DNA of 20,000 bases. Source: an uncultured virus (IMG/VR IMGVR_UViG_3300029787_000020). Taxonomy: Duplodnaviria > Heunggongvirae > Uroviricota > Caudoviricetes. The notes below the pieces were generated by a model that was not told where the DNA came from, made no database searches, and saw only the letters and a program-made list of their open reading frames with translations. The number at the start of each line of letters is the position of its first letter. Position 1 is the first letter of the stretch. Shown here in pieces: positions 1 to 9,184 of this stretch. The position numbers and the translations under genes are program-made. The DNA lies in the IMG/VR virus record IMGVR_UViG_3300029787_000020; one strand, written 5' to 3'.

Positions 1-2
1 AA

Positions 3-1046
3 TCACAAGAAAAAGCTGCTGGTGCTGTTGTTTATACTGGTATGAACAGCAAGGGTGATTTTTATATTGGAAATACTAAAAAATCTGCTTTAACTGGTGA
101 AGAAATTAACTTTGATATTCCTGTTCCAACAATTACAGGAGAAAATCCTTCCAACTTAAGTGTGGTATTTGATGAAGTAACCATTAAAGAACGTATAGTA
201 GTAGAAGGTGGAGATTCTGGTCAGGTTCTCTCTCAATTTGATGGGCCAGTAACTTTTAACAATTCTATTAAAGTTATTGATCTTTTAGTTGGTAATAAGA
301 TAAAACTTGCAAAAGATACAGCATCTATAAGTTTTACAACAGGTTCTTTAGTAATTGAAGGTGGTGTTGGTATTGCCAAATCTGTATTTGTTGGCCAAGG
401 TTTACATGCAAGTTCATTAAATGTTACTGGTGATATTAGTGGTGCTGATGTTACTTGTTCTGATATTAATGCTGTGGGTGTCGTTACTGCTACTGGTGGT
501 ACATTTGGTAATATTGGAATAGGTACAGATGATAATCAAACTGTTACAACATCAAGTGGTAAACTTATACTAGATGCTGCTACAAATGAAGTTGAAATTA
601 ATGCCGACCTTGACCACAATGGAGATTTAGATACATCTGGTTCAGGAACATTTGGTAGCACAGGAACATTTGGTGGTAATTTATCTGTAACAGGTACAGG
701 TACATTTACAGGTGATATAACAGCATTAACTTCTGATATTAGACTTAAGGATGATATTTCACCTATAACAGAGGCTCTTGAAAAAGTTAAATCAATTAGT
801 GGATTTACTTATAAGCATAATGAACTCGCTAAGACCGCATGTAATCTTGATACTGGAGATCAAAGATTTGCTGGTGTATCTGCTCAAGAAATACAAGCAA
901 TTCTTCCAGAAGCAGTTAAACCTGCTCCAAGTAATAATGAATATCTAACTGTTCAGTACGAGAAATTAGTACCGTTATTAATTGAATCAGTTAAAGAATT
1001 GTCTGCTAAGGTAGATAATCTTGAACAAAAACTATCAGATAAATAA
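3..1046 (+). CDS. Tail fibre protein, C-terminal part, with intramolecular chaperone / peptidase S74 domain (5' truncated by window)
   Basis: The frame is open from position 3 (SQEKAAGAVVYTGMNSKGDFYIG), so Met42 is internal. It has Gly/Thr-rich fibre repeats, then the S74 signature SDIRLKDDI...AGVSAQEIQAILPEAV...LTVQYEKLVPLLIESVKEL followed by a coiled coil. Confidence 0.85.
   Translation, partial: SQEKAAGAVVYTGMNSKGDFYIGNTKKSALTGEEINFDIPVPTITGENPSNLSVVFDEVTIKERIVVEGGDSGQVLSQFDGPVTFNNSIKVIDLLVGNKIKLAKDTASISFTTGSLVIEGGVGIAKSVFVGQGLHASSLNVTGDISGADVTCSDINAVGVVTATGGTFGNIGIGTDDNQTVTTSSGKLILDAATNEVEINADLDHNGDLDTSGSGTFGSTGTFGGNLSVTGTGTFTGDITALTSDIRLKDDISPITEALEKVKSISGFTYKHNELAKTACNLDTGDQRFAGVSAQEIQAILPEAVKPAPSNNEYLTVQYEKLVPLLIESVKELSAKVDNLEQKLSDK
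1039..1045 (+). promoter_or_regulatory. T4-type late promoter (ATAAATA)
   Basis: ATAAATA lies 19 nt upstream of the ATG at 1065, in front of a structural gene. Confidence 0.6.
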
Positions 1047-1064
1047 TTAAAAATGTAGCTATCA

Positions 1065-3074
1065 ATGGCAAATTATAATAAGTCATTCAATTTTAGGAAT
1101 GGAGTACAAGTTGATAATAATAATTTTGTTGTAAATGCAAACGGGCTAGTTGGAATAGGAACCTCAATTCCATCTACTTTTTTAGATGTTCATGGTAATT
1201 CTGAACTTCGAGGAGATGTTACTGTAAGTGGAGAGATTAATGCAAGTGGATTAGTAACATCCACACAATTATATGTAAATGGACAATCAGAGCTTGAAGG
1301 ACAATTAGATGTTACTGGTATTACTACTTTTGGAAGTAGTGTATCTGTAGGTAGTTCCATTACTATAGGAACTGGTGTAACAATTGAGGGGTCAAATGGA
1401 CAGGCAACATTTATTGGAGTTGTTACCGCATCTAAGTTTGTGGGTGATGGTGGTTCATTATCTAATATAATAGGATTTTCAACCCAAGCATGGATACTTG
1501 ATCGGGCAATAAATGCCATAGATCCTTTAAGTGGACTTGCAACAGTTACGAGTATTGGAATAGGCACAACACAGGCAAATGCTTTATATGATTTAGTAAT
1601 TGGGCAAGATCCTAATGATTCAAAAGAAGGAATCTCTTTTGATGGTTCAACTGGTAATATTAGATCTAGTGGTATTATAACTGCTACTACCTTTAGTGGG
1701 CCTTTAACTGGTGCTGTTACTGGGAGTGTTACTGGAAATGTTACTGGGGATGTCACTGGTAATATAAGTGGAGTAGCTGGAACTTTCTTATATTCAGATA
1801 CTACAAATTTAGAAGTAACTGGTCTTTCTACATTTACTGGTGCTATAGACGCAAATGGAAATTTAGATGTTGATGGTTATACTGAATTAGATGATCTTAA
1901 TGTCTCTGGTATTTCTACATTTATTGGACTACTTAATGCCAAGGGTGATGTATCACTCGGAGATATATCAACTGACACAATATTAGTTGGTGCAAGATTT
2001 AATTCACATCTTATTCCTAAAACTGATGATAGTAGGGATTTAGGTTCTTCTGCATTACAGTGGAAAGATTTATATTTATCGGGAGTATCAAGCAGTGCTA
2101 CTTTAAGAGTTAATCAGGGTTTTGCTGAAATCATTAATACTACTGGTGTTTCAACCGTAAGTATTGGTCAATCTGTAGGAGTTGGTAATAGTAGTGCTGG
2201 TTTAAGATTTGGAAATCCATCTAAGAACTTTGATATTATTAACTATGATAATGGTAATGTTAATACATTTATTGATTTAAATGAAGTCGGACTTAGCACT
2301 GGTAATTTTAGATGGATTCATAAAAATAGTAATGTAAGAATGACTCTTACATATGATGGAAATTTGGGTATTGGAGAACCGTCTCCCGAACATAAGCTTC
2401 ATGTTGCAGGTATATCTACATTTGAAGGTGCTGCACATTTTGAATCTGGTGTGACTGTTGATGGAACACTCACAGCACAGAATTTTAGTCCTAGTCAAAT
2501 AACAAATGCAACTATAATCAATAATAGTGGTATATCAACATACTATAATCTTAATGCTACAAATTTCATAGGAATTAATTCTTCAATTCCAATATCAGGA
2601 TTTGATGCTCAGGATGCAACAGGTTATCTTAACGCTGTTGGAATTAATACCATATCATTATATGGTAATACATTAGCAGTTGATGGAAATGCTGCATTTA
2701 CAGGTACTTTGGGTATTGGAACCACTGCTCTTTCAAATATAGGATACGGTGCTTTGGGAGCATTTCAAGTTCATGGTGGAGATGTCTTAATTAATAATGG
2801 AAGTTTATTATTAAATAATGATACTAGTTCGGGTTCAAGTATTGGTATAGGAACCACAACTCCACTTTGTGCGGTTGATTTTTCCCAAGCAGGTGCGGGA
2901 ATTGGTACAAATGCTTACATGTTACCACCAAAAATTACTACTCCTCAAAGAGATGGAACTGGTGGAAATGTTGGATTATCAACTGTTTCTGGAGCATTAA
3001 TTTATAACACTACTACTAGTAAATTGCAAGTATATAATGGAACTGCATGGGAAACTATTACTTCTAGCACTTAG
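1065..3074 (+). CDS. Tail fibre-like structural protein
   Basis: 669 aa rich in Gly/Thr/Ser/Asn, with repeated (V/I/L)GIGT and GI(S/V)T motifs, TGxV tetrapeptide repeats and a C-terminal GALIYNTTTSKLQVYNGTAW module typical of cyanomyovirus fibres. Confidence 0.8.
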   Translation: MANYNKSFNFRNGVQVDNNNFVVNANGLVGIGTSIPSTFLDVHGNSELRGDVTVSGEINASGLVTSTQLYVNGQSELEGQLDVTGITTFGSSVSVGSSITIGTGVTIEGSNGQATFIGVVTASKFVGDGGSLSNIIGFSTQAWILDRAINAIDPLSGLATVTSIGIGTTQANALYDLVIGQDPNDSKEGISFDGSTGNIRSSGIITATTFSGPLTGAVTGSVTGNVTGDVTGNISGVAGTFLYSDTTNLEVTGLSTFTGAIDANGNLDVDGYTELDDLNVSGISTFIGLLNAKGDVSLGDISTDTILVGARFNSHLIPKTDDSRDLGSSALQWKDLYLSGVSSSATLRVNQGFAEIINTTGVSTVSIGQSVGVGNSSAGLRFGNPSKNFDIINYDNGNVNTFIDLNEVGLSTGNFRWIHKNSNVRMTLTYDGNLGIGEPSPEHKLHVAGISTFEGAAHFESGVTVDGTLTAQNFSPSQITNATIINNSGISTYYNLNATNFIGINSSIPISGFDAQDATGYLNAVGINTISLYGNTLAVDGNAAFTGTLGIGTTALSNIGYGALGAFQVHGGDVLINNGSLLLNNDTSSGSSIGIGTTTPLCAVDFSQAGAGIGTNAYMLPPKITTPQRDGTGGNVGLSTVSGALIYNTTTSKLQVYNGTAWETITSST

Positions 3075-3076
3075 AG

Positions 3077-4411
3077 ATGGCACATTCCGTAACCAAATCA
3101 GGCCCTTATTTTGAGGGTAGTGGACAAATTAACTTTAGTGATTTAAGAAGTACTTTTAGAGGTGCTTCATCTGCTTCAATAAGTGCATCTGATTTATTAA
3201 GAAAAACTGAGAATACTATAGAATCTCCAGTCGTGCCTGATTGCACAGAAAATGCTGCGGTGGCAGAATCTGAAAACTGGAAAGTCTCTCAGATGAGGGG
3301 AACTATTAAAGATTATAAGATTACTCAAACAAGCAGTAATAGTCAATTAGATGGAACCAGTATAGAATGGAATGGAAATCTTACAAAAAATATCAGAAAA
3401 GTATATAATATACAGGGTACTATTTCATCAACTTCAATTAATAACAAGGCTTTAACATTTGAACTAGATAATATAATTAATTTAAATATTAATATTAGTT
3501 CGACTGCGAATATATTTGGTGCTGGTGGTTTAGGTGGGCCGTATGTACAATCTGGTTCAACATTTTTAAATGGTTCTGATGGTGGTGATGCCATTCAATT
3601 TAATTCAAGTGGTGGTAAAAATAATAAAATAATTCTCTCAAATACTAATTCATTAACTGTTGCTGGTGGCGGTGGTGGCGGTGGAAATGGTGGAAATGGT
3701 GCAGATGGAGCTACTGGCCCTTGTTGGAAACCAAGAATTAATGCTGTTAGTGGTAGTTATACTGGTAATAAAGGCCCACAAGGTCAAATAGTAGATGATT
3801 ATAGTCCTGGCCCTTGGGGTGAGTGGTACACCTATAAAATAGGTGGTAGTTGTCAATGTGAATACTATTCTGCGTGTCCTGATCCTTCAACTGATGGTAC
3901 AAGAAATGCACCTATAACAATCAGGGGAACCACATATAATACTAGAGGTCGTAATTCTTCTGGTGGTTCTTCAACAACAGGAACAGTTGGATCTGGTACA
4001 TTTTCAAGTAATCGTGCAGGAGGTGGATGTAACTGTTGGGGTTGGGGATTTGTATGTCATAACACATGTATAGATGGTGCTTATTGTGCAGTCGAAGATC
4101 CCATTGAAACAAGAGGTGGAAAAGGTGGATCTGGTGGTGCTGGTGCTAATGGTCAAGGATTTAATCAATCAAAACAAAATGGTAGCAATGGAACTGCTGG
4201 TGAAGCAAAAAATTGCCCCACTATTGGAAGTGCTGGTGGAGATGGTGGAAAAGGTGGAAATGGTGGAAGTTTTGGAGAGCCAGGCCAAAATGGTGGTGGT
4301 ATTAATTTTTATAGTGGTGGAAATGCTGGTAGGGCAATACGTGGAACTGGATATACCGTAGAAGGAGTAAATGCTGATAATTTAAAAGGAGGTTATCTCC
4401 CAGATGTTTAG
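3077..4411 (+). CDS. Glycine-rich adhesin / receptor-binding-like protein (reminiscent of T-even gp38)
   Basis: Poly-Gly segments (IFGAGGLGG, AGGGGGGGNGGNG, GGKGGSGGAG, GGNAGRAI) flank a Cys/Trp-rich centre, and the gene directly follows the fibre genes. Confidence 0.6.
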   Translation: MAHSVTKSGPYFEGSGQINFSDLRSTFRGASSASISASDLLRKTENTIESPVVPDCTENAAVAESENWKVSQMRGTIKDYKITQTSSNSQLDGTSIEWNGNLTKNIRKVYNIQGTISSTSINNKALTFELDNIINLNINISSTANIFGAGGLGGPYVQSGSTFLNGSDGGDAIQFNSSGGKNNKIILSNTNSLTVAGGGGGGGNGGNGADGATGPCWKPRINAVSGSYTGNKGPQGQIVDDYSPGPWGEWYTYKIGGSCQCEYYSACPDPSTDGTRNAPITIRGTTYNTRGRNSSGGSSTTGTVGSGTFSSNRAGGGCNCWGWGFVCHNTCIDGAYCAVEDPIETRGGKGGSGGAGANGQGFNQSKQNGSNGTAGEAKNCPTIGSAGGDGGKGGNGGSFGEPGQNGGGINFYSGGNAGRAIRGTGYTVEGVNADNLKGGYLPDV

Positions 4412-4418
4412 ATAAATA
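4412..4418 (+). promoter_or_regulatory. T4-type late promoter (ATAAATA)
   Basis: ATAAATA immediately follows the 4411 stop, 20 nt upstream of the ATG at 4439. Confidence 0.5.
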
Positions 4419-4438
4419 AATTGACTTGAGTATGTAAC

Positions 4439-4837
4439 ATGTCTGACTATCCTTCTTTACAAAAACAAGGTAAAAATTTATTAAAAACTGTATCAGATCT
4501 TTTAAATAAATCTAAAAAACCTTTCGTATCTGATGAAATATCTAAAGAGAGAATGGAAATATGTACGAGATGTATATATTATGACATATCTCAAATTCGT
4601 TGTAAAAAATGTGGTTGTTTTCTTAAACCAAAAACTAAATTTGCAGTGAATGGTTGTCCTATTGGTGCATGGCCAATTCTTGATGAAGAATGGGTTAAAT
4701 ATAATCAACCATCAATCTCAATCAAAATTTTTGGTTCTTACATATATTTTTACATCCCACATAGGTTATCAAAATTTCTTGTCAAAATTAAAAAACTTAT
4801 AGATACCTTTGTAAGGTTTGTACGGAAGGCTCTATAA
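4439..4837 (+). CDS. Small Cys-rich putative metal-binding protein (DUF6171-like)
   Basis: Motif R..IC..C......RC..CGCFL..K......CP...W. Confidence 0.6.
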   Translation: MSDYPSLQKQGKNLLKTVSDLLNKSKKPFVSDEISKERMEICTRCIYYDISQIRCKKCGCFLKPKTKFAVNGCPIGAWPILDEEWVKYNQPSISIKIFGSYIYFYIPHRLSKFLVKIKKLIDTFVRFVRKAL

Positions 4838-4850
4838 TTTTCTAAAGGAA

Positions 4851-4904
4851 CCAGTGACGGAACTGTCACAAGACCCCCTCAAGGGGGTATTTTTATGCTA
4901 TAAT
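4851..4904 (+). promoter_or_regulatory. Palindrome-hairpin-TATAAT early promoter element, copy 1
   Basis: CCAGTGACGGAACTGTCACA at 4851-4870, hairpin ACCCCCT-CA-AGGGGGT at 4873-4888, and TGcTATAAT with the -10 at 4899-4904. Confidence 0.75.
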
Positions 4905-4930
4905 ATATTCATAACGAACAAAGAGCATAC

Positions 4931-6102
4931 ATGCAGTTACGTCCACATCAGAATAAGGCATTGGAAGCAATGGCAAGACATTCTAAGGGTCAAATCATTG
5001 TACCCACTGGTGGTGGCAAAACTCTTATTGCCATTAAGGATGCTATAAGAAGACTTAATGGTCTTACTGATCCAACTCTTGTTGTAGTTGCTCCACGCAT
5101 CCTATTAGCAGAGCAATTATCATCTGAGTTCTTGGAAGAGATTGAGAATGTATCTGTNNNNNNNNNNGTGGTGAAACACATCATTATAGTACAACTAAGA
5201 GTGATAAAATTCAAAAGTGGGTAAGAAATACACAGGGAAGTAAATTAATCTTTACAACATATCATTCACTTCATAGATTAGTAGAAGCAGATGTTGTTGT
5301 AGACACAGTATATTTTGATGAAGCACACAACGCAGTGCAAAAGAATTTCATAGAGTCAGTTGATTACTTCTCACTACCATTTAATTCTTTACGTTGCTAC
5401 TTCTTTACTGCAACACCTAAGCACAGTAGAACACCTTTCAAGATAGGTATGAATGATAGTGATATATTCGGTAATGTTATCTGTAATGTACCAGCACCTA
5501 AGTTGGTAGAACAAGGTCACATCCTACCACCAAAAGTAAAAGTATATAAGAGTGAGATAAGACAGAAAGATGAGATAACATTTGATGTAGAATGTAATCA
5601 GATCATGGATAATATTGATGACCATGAGACTAAGAAGATCCTCGTGTGTGCTAAGTCTACCAAGCAGATCCAAGGATTAGTATCATATGATAAGTTCCGT
5701 GACGAATTAGCATGGAGAGGTTATAATTGCATGTATATTACATCCAAAACTGGTGCAGTCATTGATGGTGAGAAAGTAACCAGAGATGAGTTCTTTAATG
5801 TATTAAGTGCATGGGGTAAAGATCCTGATAAGAAATTTGTTGTATTACATCACAGTATCTTAGCAGAGGGTATCAACGTAAAGGGTCTTGAAGCGGTCTT
5901 GTTCTTAAGATCTATGGATTACATTGGAATATCACAAACTATTGGCAGAGTGATCCGTAAGGGTTGCGAAAATAAGAAATATGGGTTAGTATGTATACCA
6001 GTATATTCAAAGGTGGGCATCTCTACTGCACGAAAAGTACAGGCAGTTGTTGATACTGTATTTGAGAGAGGAGAACCAGCAATTTCTATAATAACAAAAT
6101 GA
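4931..6102 (+). CDS. Superfamily 2 (DEAH) helicase, ResIII/UvsW-like; one gene split in the ORF track by the N gap
   Basis: Q motif LRPHQ, Walker A PTGGGKT and motif Ia VVAPRILLAEQ precede the gap. After the gap the frame reads GETHHYSTT...IFTTYHSL...YFDEAHN, FTATP, LAEGINV and QTIGRVIR. Confidence 0.9.
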
Positions 6103-6545
6103 CTTCTTCCGTAGTTTTAGTCACAGGTGGATTTGATCCAATACATAGTGGCCATATTTCATTATTAAATTCAGCAAAACAAATAGCACCAATGAGTGCC
6201 TTGGCAGTTGGTGTTAATTCAGATGATTGGTTGACAAGAAAGAAGGGTAAACCTTTTATGCCATCTAGTGAAAGAATTGATATTGTCAGAGCATTGAAAG
6301 TGGTTGATAATGTTATTGAATTTAATGATAGCGATGGAAGTGCAAATCATGCCATTGAACAATGTTTACAAATATATGATAAGGTAATCTTTGCTAATGG
6401 TGGAGATAGACACAATGAAAATGTACCAGAGTATGATAAGTTTAGTGAAGATGAAAGAGTGGTATTTAGATGGGCTGTCGGTGGACTTGGTAAAAAGAAT
6501 AGTAGTTCATGGATATTAAAAGAGTGGGATGAAAGAAATAGATGA
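6099..6545 (+). CDS. Cytidylyltransferase-like nucleotidyltransferase (TagD/RfaE-type)
   Basis: VTGGFDPIHSGH (HxGH), GVNSD.WL.RKKG.P, ANGGDR and a C-terminal SSS; ATGA overlap with the helicase. Confidence 0.88.
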   Translation: MTSSVVLVTGGFDPIHSGHISLLNSAKQIAPMSALAVGVNSDDWLTRKKGKPFMPSSERIDIVRALKVVDNVIEFNDSDGSANHAIEQCLQIYDKVIFANGGDRHNENVPEYDKFSEDERVVFRWAVGGLGKKNSSSWILKEWDERNR

Positions 6546-7480
6546 AAGACACTATTTTATATGGTGACTGTCGTAAGACACTATCAGCATTTCTACCACA
6601 GAGTGCAAGAATGTGTGTGACATCTCCACCCTATTACGGACTTAGAGATTATGGTGGAGAGGAGCAACAAATAGGACAGGAACAAACACCCGAAGAGTTT
6701 GTAGATCAACTTGTGTCTGTATTCAGAGAGGTACGAAATGTATTAACTGATGATGGGACTTGTTGGGTAAACATAGGGGATAGTTATTATAATTATAGAC
6801 CTGGTAAAGGTCAATCATATCCAAAACAATCGGTATCTAAAACAAAACAAGATCTACCAGATAAATGTAACAAACGTGGGAACAAATTACAGGGATTAAA
6901 AGAGAAAGATTTAATTGGTATTCCTTGGTTATTTGCTTTTGCTATGCGAAAAGACGGATGGTATTTAAGACAAGATATTATATGGCATAAACCAAATCCA
7001 ATGCCAGAAAGTGTAAAAGATAGATGTACCAAGTCACATGAGTATATCTTTCTGTTCAGTAAAAATAAAAGGTATCATTATGATAATGAAGCAATCAAGG
7101 AGCCAGCAAAGGATTGGGGAACCAGAGATAGAACTAATGGTAAGTATCATAATGAGGGAACAGGACTGCAACCACATTCAGGCCTGACTAAGAGTTATGC
7201 CAAGAAGAATAAGAGAAGTGTATGGTCTGTAACCAAGAAACCATACAAGGGAGCTCATTTTGCTGTATTCCCACCCGAATTGATTGAGCCATGTATATTG
7301 GCTGGTAGTAATAAGGGTGATACTATATTAGATCCATTCATGGGGTCAGGAACCACTGCTATGGTGGCAAAGAAGTTAGATAGATATTACTTAGGTTGCG
7401 AACTACATGACAACTATGGTGATCTAATAGAGCAAAGAGTATTACCATATGAGAACAGGTTAGAAAAGTTTTTTTCATGA
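6542..7480 (+). CDS. Beta-class N4-cytosine/N6-adenine DNA methyltransferase
   Basis: Motif IV TSPPY precedes motif I DPFMGSGTT; also IIWHKPNPMPESVKDR and HFAVFPPEL. SPPY favours m4C. Confidence 0.92.
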   Translation: MKDTILYGDCRKTLSAFLPQSARMCVTSPPYYGLRDYGGEEQQIGQEQTPEEFVDQLVSVFREVRNVLTDDGTCWVNIGDSYYNYRPGKGQSYPKQSVSKTKQDLPDKCNKRGNKLQGLKEKDLIGIPWLFAFAMRKDGWYLRQDIIWHKPNPMPESVKDRCTKSHEYIFLFSKNKRYHYDNEAIKEPAKDWGTRDRTNGKYHNEGTGLQPHSGLTKSYAKKNKRSVWSVTKKPYKGAHFAVFPPELIEPCILAGSNKGDTILDPFMGSGTTAMVAKKLDRYYLGCELHDNYGDLIEQRVLPYENRLEKFFS

Positions 7481-8622
7481 AAAAAATACAAAAAATAGCA
7501 ATTGTAGGAGCTGGTAATGCTGCGTGTCTGACTGCTTTACATTACCATCTTTATGGTAGAATTATAAACATTGATACTATTGATGAAATTGAAATATATC
7601 ATGATCCTAATGTTCCAATAGAAAAAGTAGGTCTAGGTTCTCAATTAAATGTAACTGATATTATTTTTGATGTATTAAATTTAAATTGGTATGATAATCC
7701 TATTGATGCAACATTTAAAACTGGTATATTATATGAGGGGTGGGGTAAAAAACAAGATAAAATATTTCATCCTTTTTCTGGAAAAGGAAATGCAATACAT
7801 TATATTCCACATAAATTATCTAAATGTGTATTAGAATCAGGTCATTTTAATGTTATAGAAAAAAGTATAAGTGATCCTGAGAAAGAGATAGATGCTAATT
7901 ATATAATAGATTGTAGAGGTAGACATAATAGAGATAAGAGTAATTATGATACTCTTATCAATCCATTAAATGCTGTTCTTTTATCAAGTAAAGATAGTAA
8001 AGATCCCGATCTACATTACACAAGAACTGTTACCACACCGAATGGATGGACATTTGTGATTCCCAATAAGGATAGTGTTTCTTATGGATACTTGTACAAT
8101 AATACAATAACATCAGACAAAGAAGCAAAAGAAGATTTTTTAGAAAGATTTAATTTATCTGAAATTCATGATACATTAACTTTTGAAAATTATATGGCTA
8201 AAAATGTATTTGTAGGTAATAGAACTATTTTAAATGGAAATGCTTGTGGTTTTATGGAACCAATGGAAGCAAATTCCACAGCTTTTTTCCTTAATGTAGC
8301 AGAATATGCTTGGGATTGTATATTTGGAATTACACCTCCAAGTAAATCTAATTATTTGATTAAAAAAATGATGAGAGAAATAGAAACTTTTATACTCTGG
8401 CATTATCAATATGGTTCTAAGTATGATACAGCATTTTGGGAGTATGCTAAATCACTTCCATTTTATCCTGATGAAAGATTTAGAGAATTAGTAAAAAATC
8501 CTGCCGATAGAGATAAAGTTCAAATGGAAATGCAGACAAAAGATAATTTTATTCTGGAAGAATACGCATATGGACAATGGGCAACTCCCAGTATAAAAGT
8601 TTGGAAGGATGCTATGGAATGA
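7477..8622 (+). CDS. Flavin-dependent tryptophan halogenase-like protein (PrnA family)
   Basis: FAD-binding IAIVGAGNA, GWTFVIP (a WxWxIP variant) and GNACGFMEPMEA. Confidence 0.8.
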   Translation: MKKIQKIAIVGAGNAACLTALHYHLYGRIINIDTIDEIEIYHDPNVPIEKVGLGSQLNVTDIIFDVLNLNWYDNPIDATFKTGILYEGWGKKQDKIFHPFSGKGNAIHYIPHKLSKCVLESGHFNVIEKSISDPEKEIDANYIIDCRGRHNRDKSNYDTLINPLNAVLLSSKDSKDPDLHYTRTVTTPNGWTFVIPNKDSVSYGYLYNNTITSDKEAKEDFLERFNLSEIHDTLTFENYMAKNVFVGNRTILNGNACGFMEPMEANSTAFFLNVAEYAWDCIFGITPPSKSNYLIKKMMREIETFILWHYQYGSKYDTAFWEYAKSLPFYPDERFRELVKNPADRDKVQMEMQTKDNFILEEYAYGQWATPSIKVWKDAME

Positions 8623-9101
8623 AAACAGTAGAAAGACATAATTATGATGGTAATAATATTATAAAAACAAGGAAACTTGTTTTTGAACCTTATGATTTTA
8701 GTGAACAAAATATGTGTTTGGTAATCGGATTGATACAACAAAATCTTAAACCTGAGTTACTCAAACGTAAGAAATTAAAGTATAAGGATAATCCTACTCA
8801 GTATTATGGACACTGTTATCATGCTACACAGGCACTATATTATCTGATGAATACAGATAAGTTAGTTCCTATGAGTGGTGAAGATTATAGAGGAGAAAAA
8901 CATTGGTGGTTGGAATATAATGGTAACACCTATGATTGCACTGCGGAGCAATATTGGACAGTTGGTGAACTGCCACCTTATGAGAGTGGAAAGAAATCAA
9001 AGTGGTATGGATGGAAACAACGACCACAACAAATTTCATTGGACTTGATGGTCAAAGTATTGGGAAAGAGATTGGCTCTTGACAAAACAACTAACCCATG
9101 A
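8619..9101 (+). CDS. Hypothetical protein with transglutaminase/papain-like Cys-His-Asp motif
   Basis: The likely start is the ATG at 8619 (ATGA overlap). Motifs GHCYHA...HWWL...YDCT. Confidence 0.55.
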   Translation: MKTVERHNYDGNNIIKTRKLVFEPYDFSEQNMCLVIGLIQQNLKPELLKRKKLKYKDNPTQYYGHCYHATQALYYLMNTDKLVPMSGEDYRGEKHWWLEYNGNTYDCTAEQYWTVGELPPYESGKKSKWYGWKQRPQQISLDLMVKVLGKRLALDKTTNP

Positions 9102-9107
9102 TAATAT
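9079..9107 (+). promoter_or_regulatory. Sigma70-type promoter
   Basis: TTGACA at 9079-9084, a 17-nt spacer, and TGaTAATAT with the -10 at 9102-9107. Confidence 0.7.
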
Positions 9108-9112
9108 AACGA

Positions 9113-9176
9113 ATATTGGAGGCGAATTGCTAAACAGCAGACAGCTTCCGTTTACAATATGCTAAACAGCAAGGAG
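9113..9176 (+). promoter_or_regulatory. Structured 5' leader with duplicated TGCTAAACAGCA hairpin
   Basis: The 12-mer occurs at 9128-9139 and 9160-9171. The first copy is enclosed by GGAGGC/GCTTCC and ATATTG/CAATAT pairings. The Shine-Dalgarno AGGAG is at 9172-9176. Confidence 0.55.
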
Positions 9177-9184
9177 AAAAATAT

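Noticed and set aside
1706..1766. 12-nt periodic ACTGGnnnnGTT repeats
   Set aside because: Explained by TGxV peptide repeats in the fibre protein, with synonymous variation; not a CRISPR array or VNTR.
1..4411. Diversity-generating retroelement acting on tail genes
   Set aside because: No reverse transcriptase and no template/variable repeat pair differing at adenines was seen.
4931..5334. Apparent frameshift or split of the helicase gene
   Set aside because: The break coincides with a 10-N placeholder gap and the helicase motifs continue in order after it, so this is neither a pseudogene nor a programmed frameshift.
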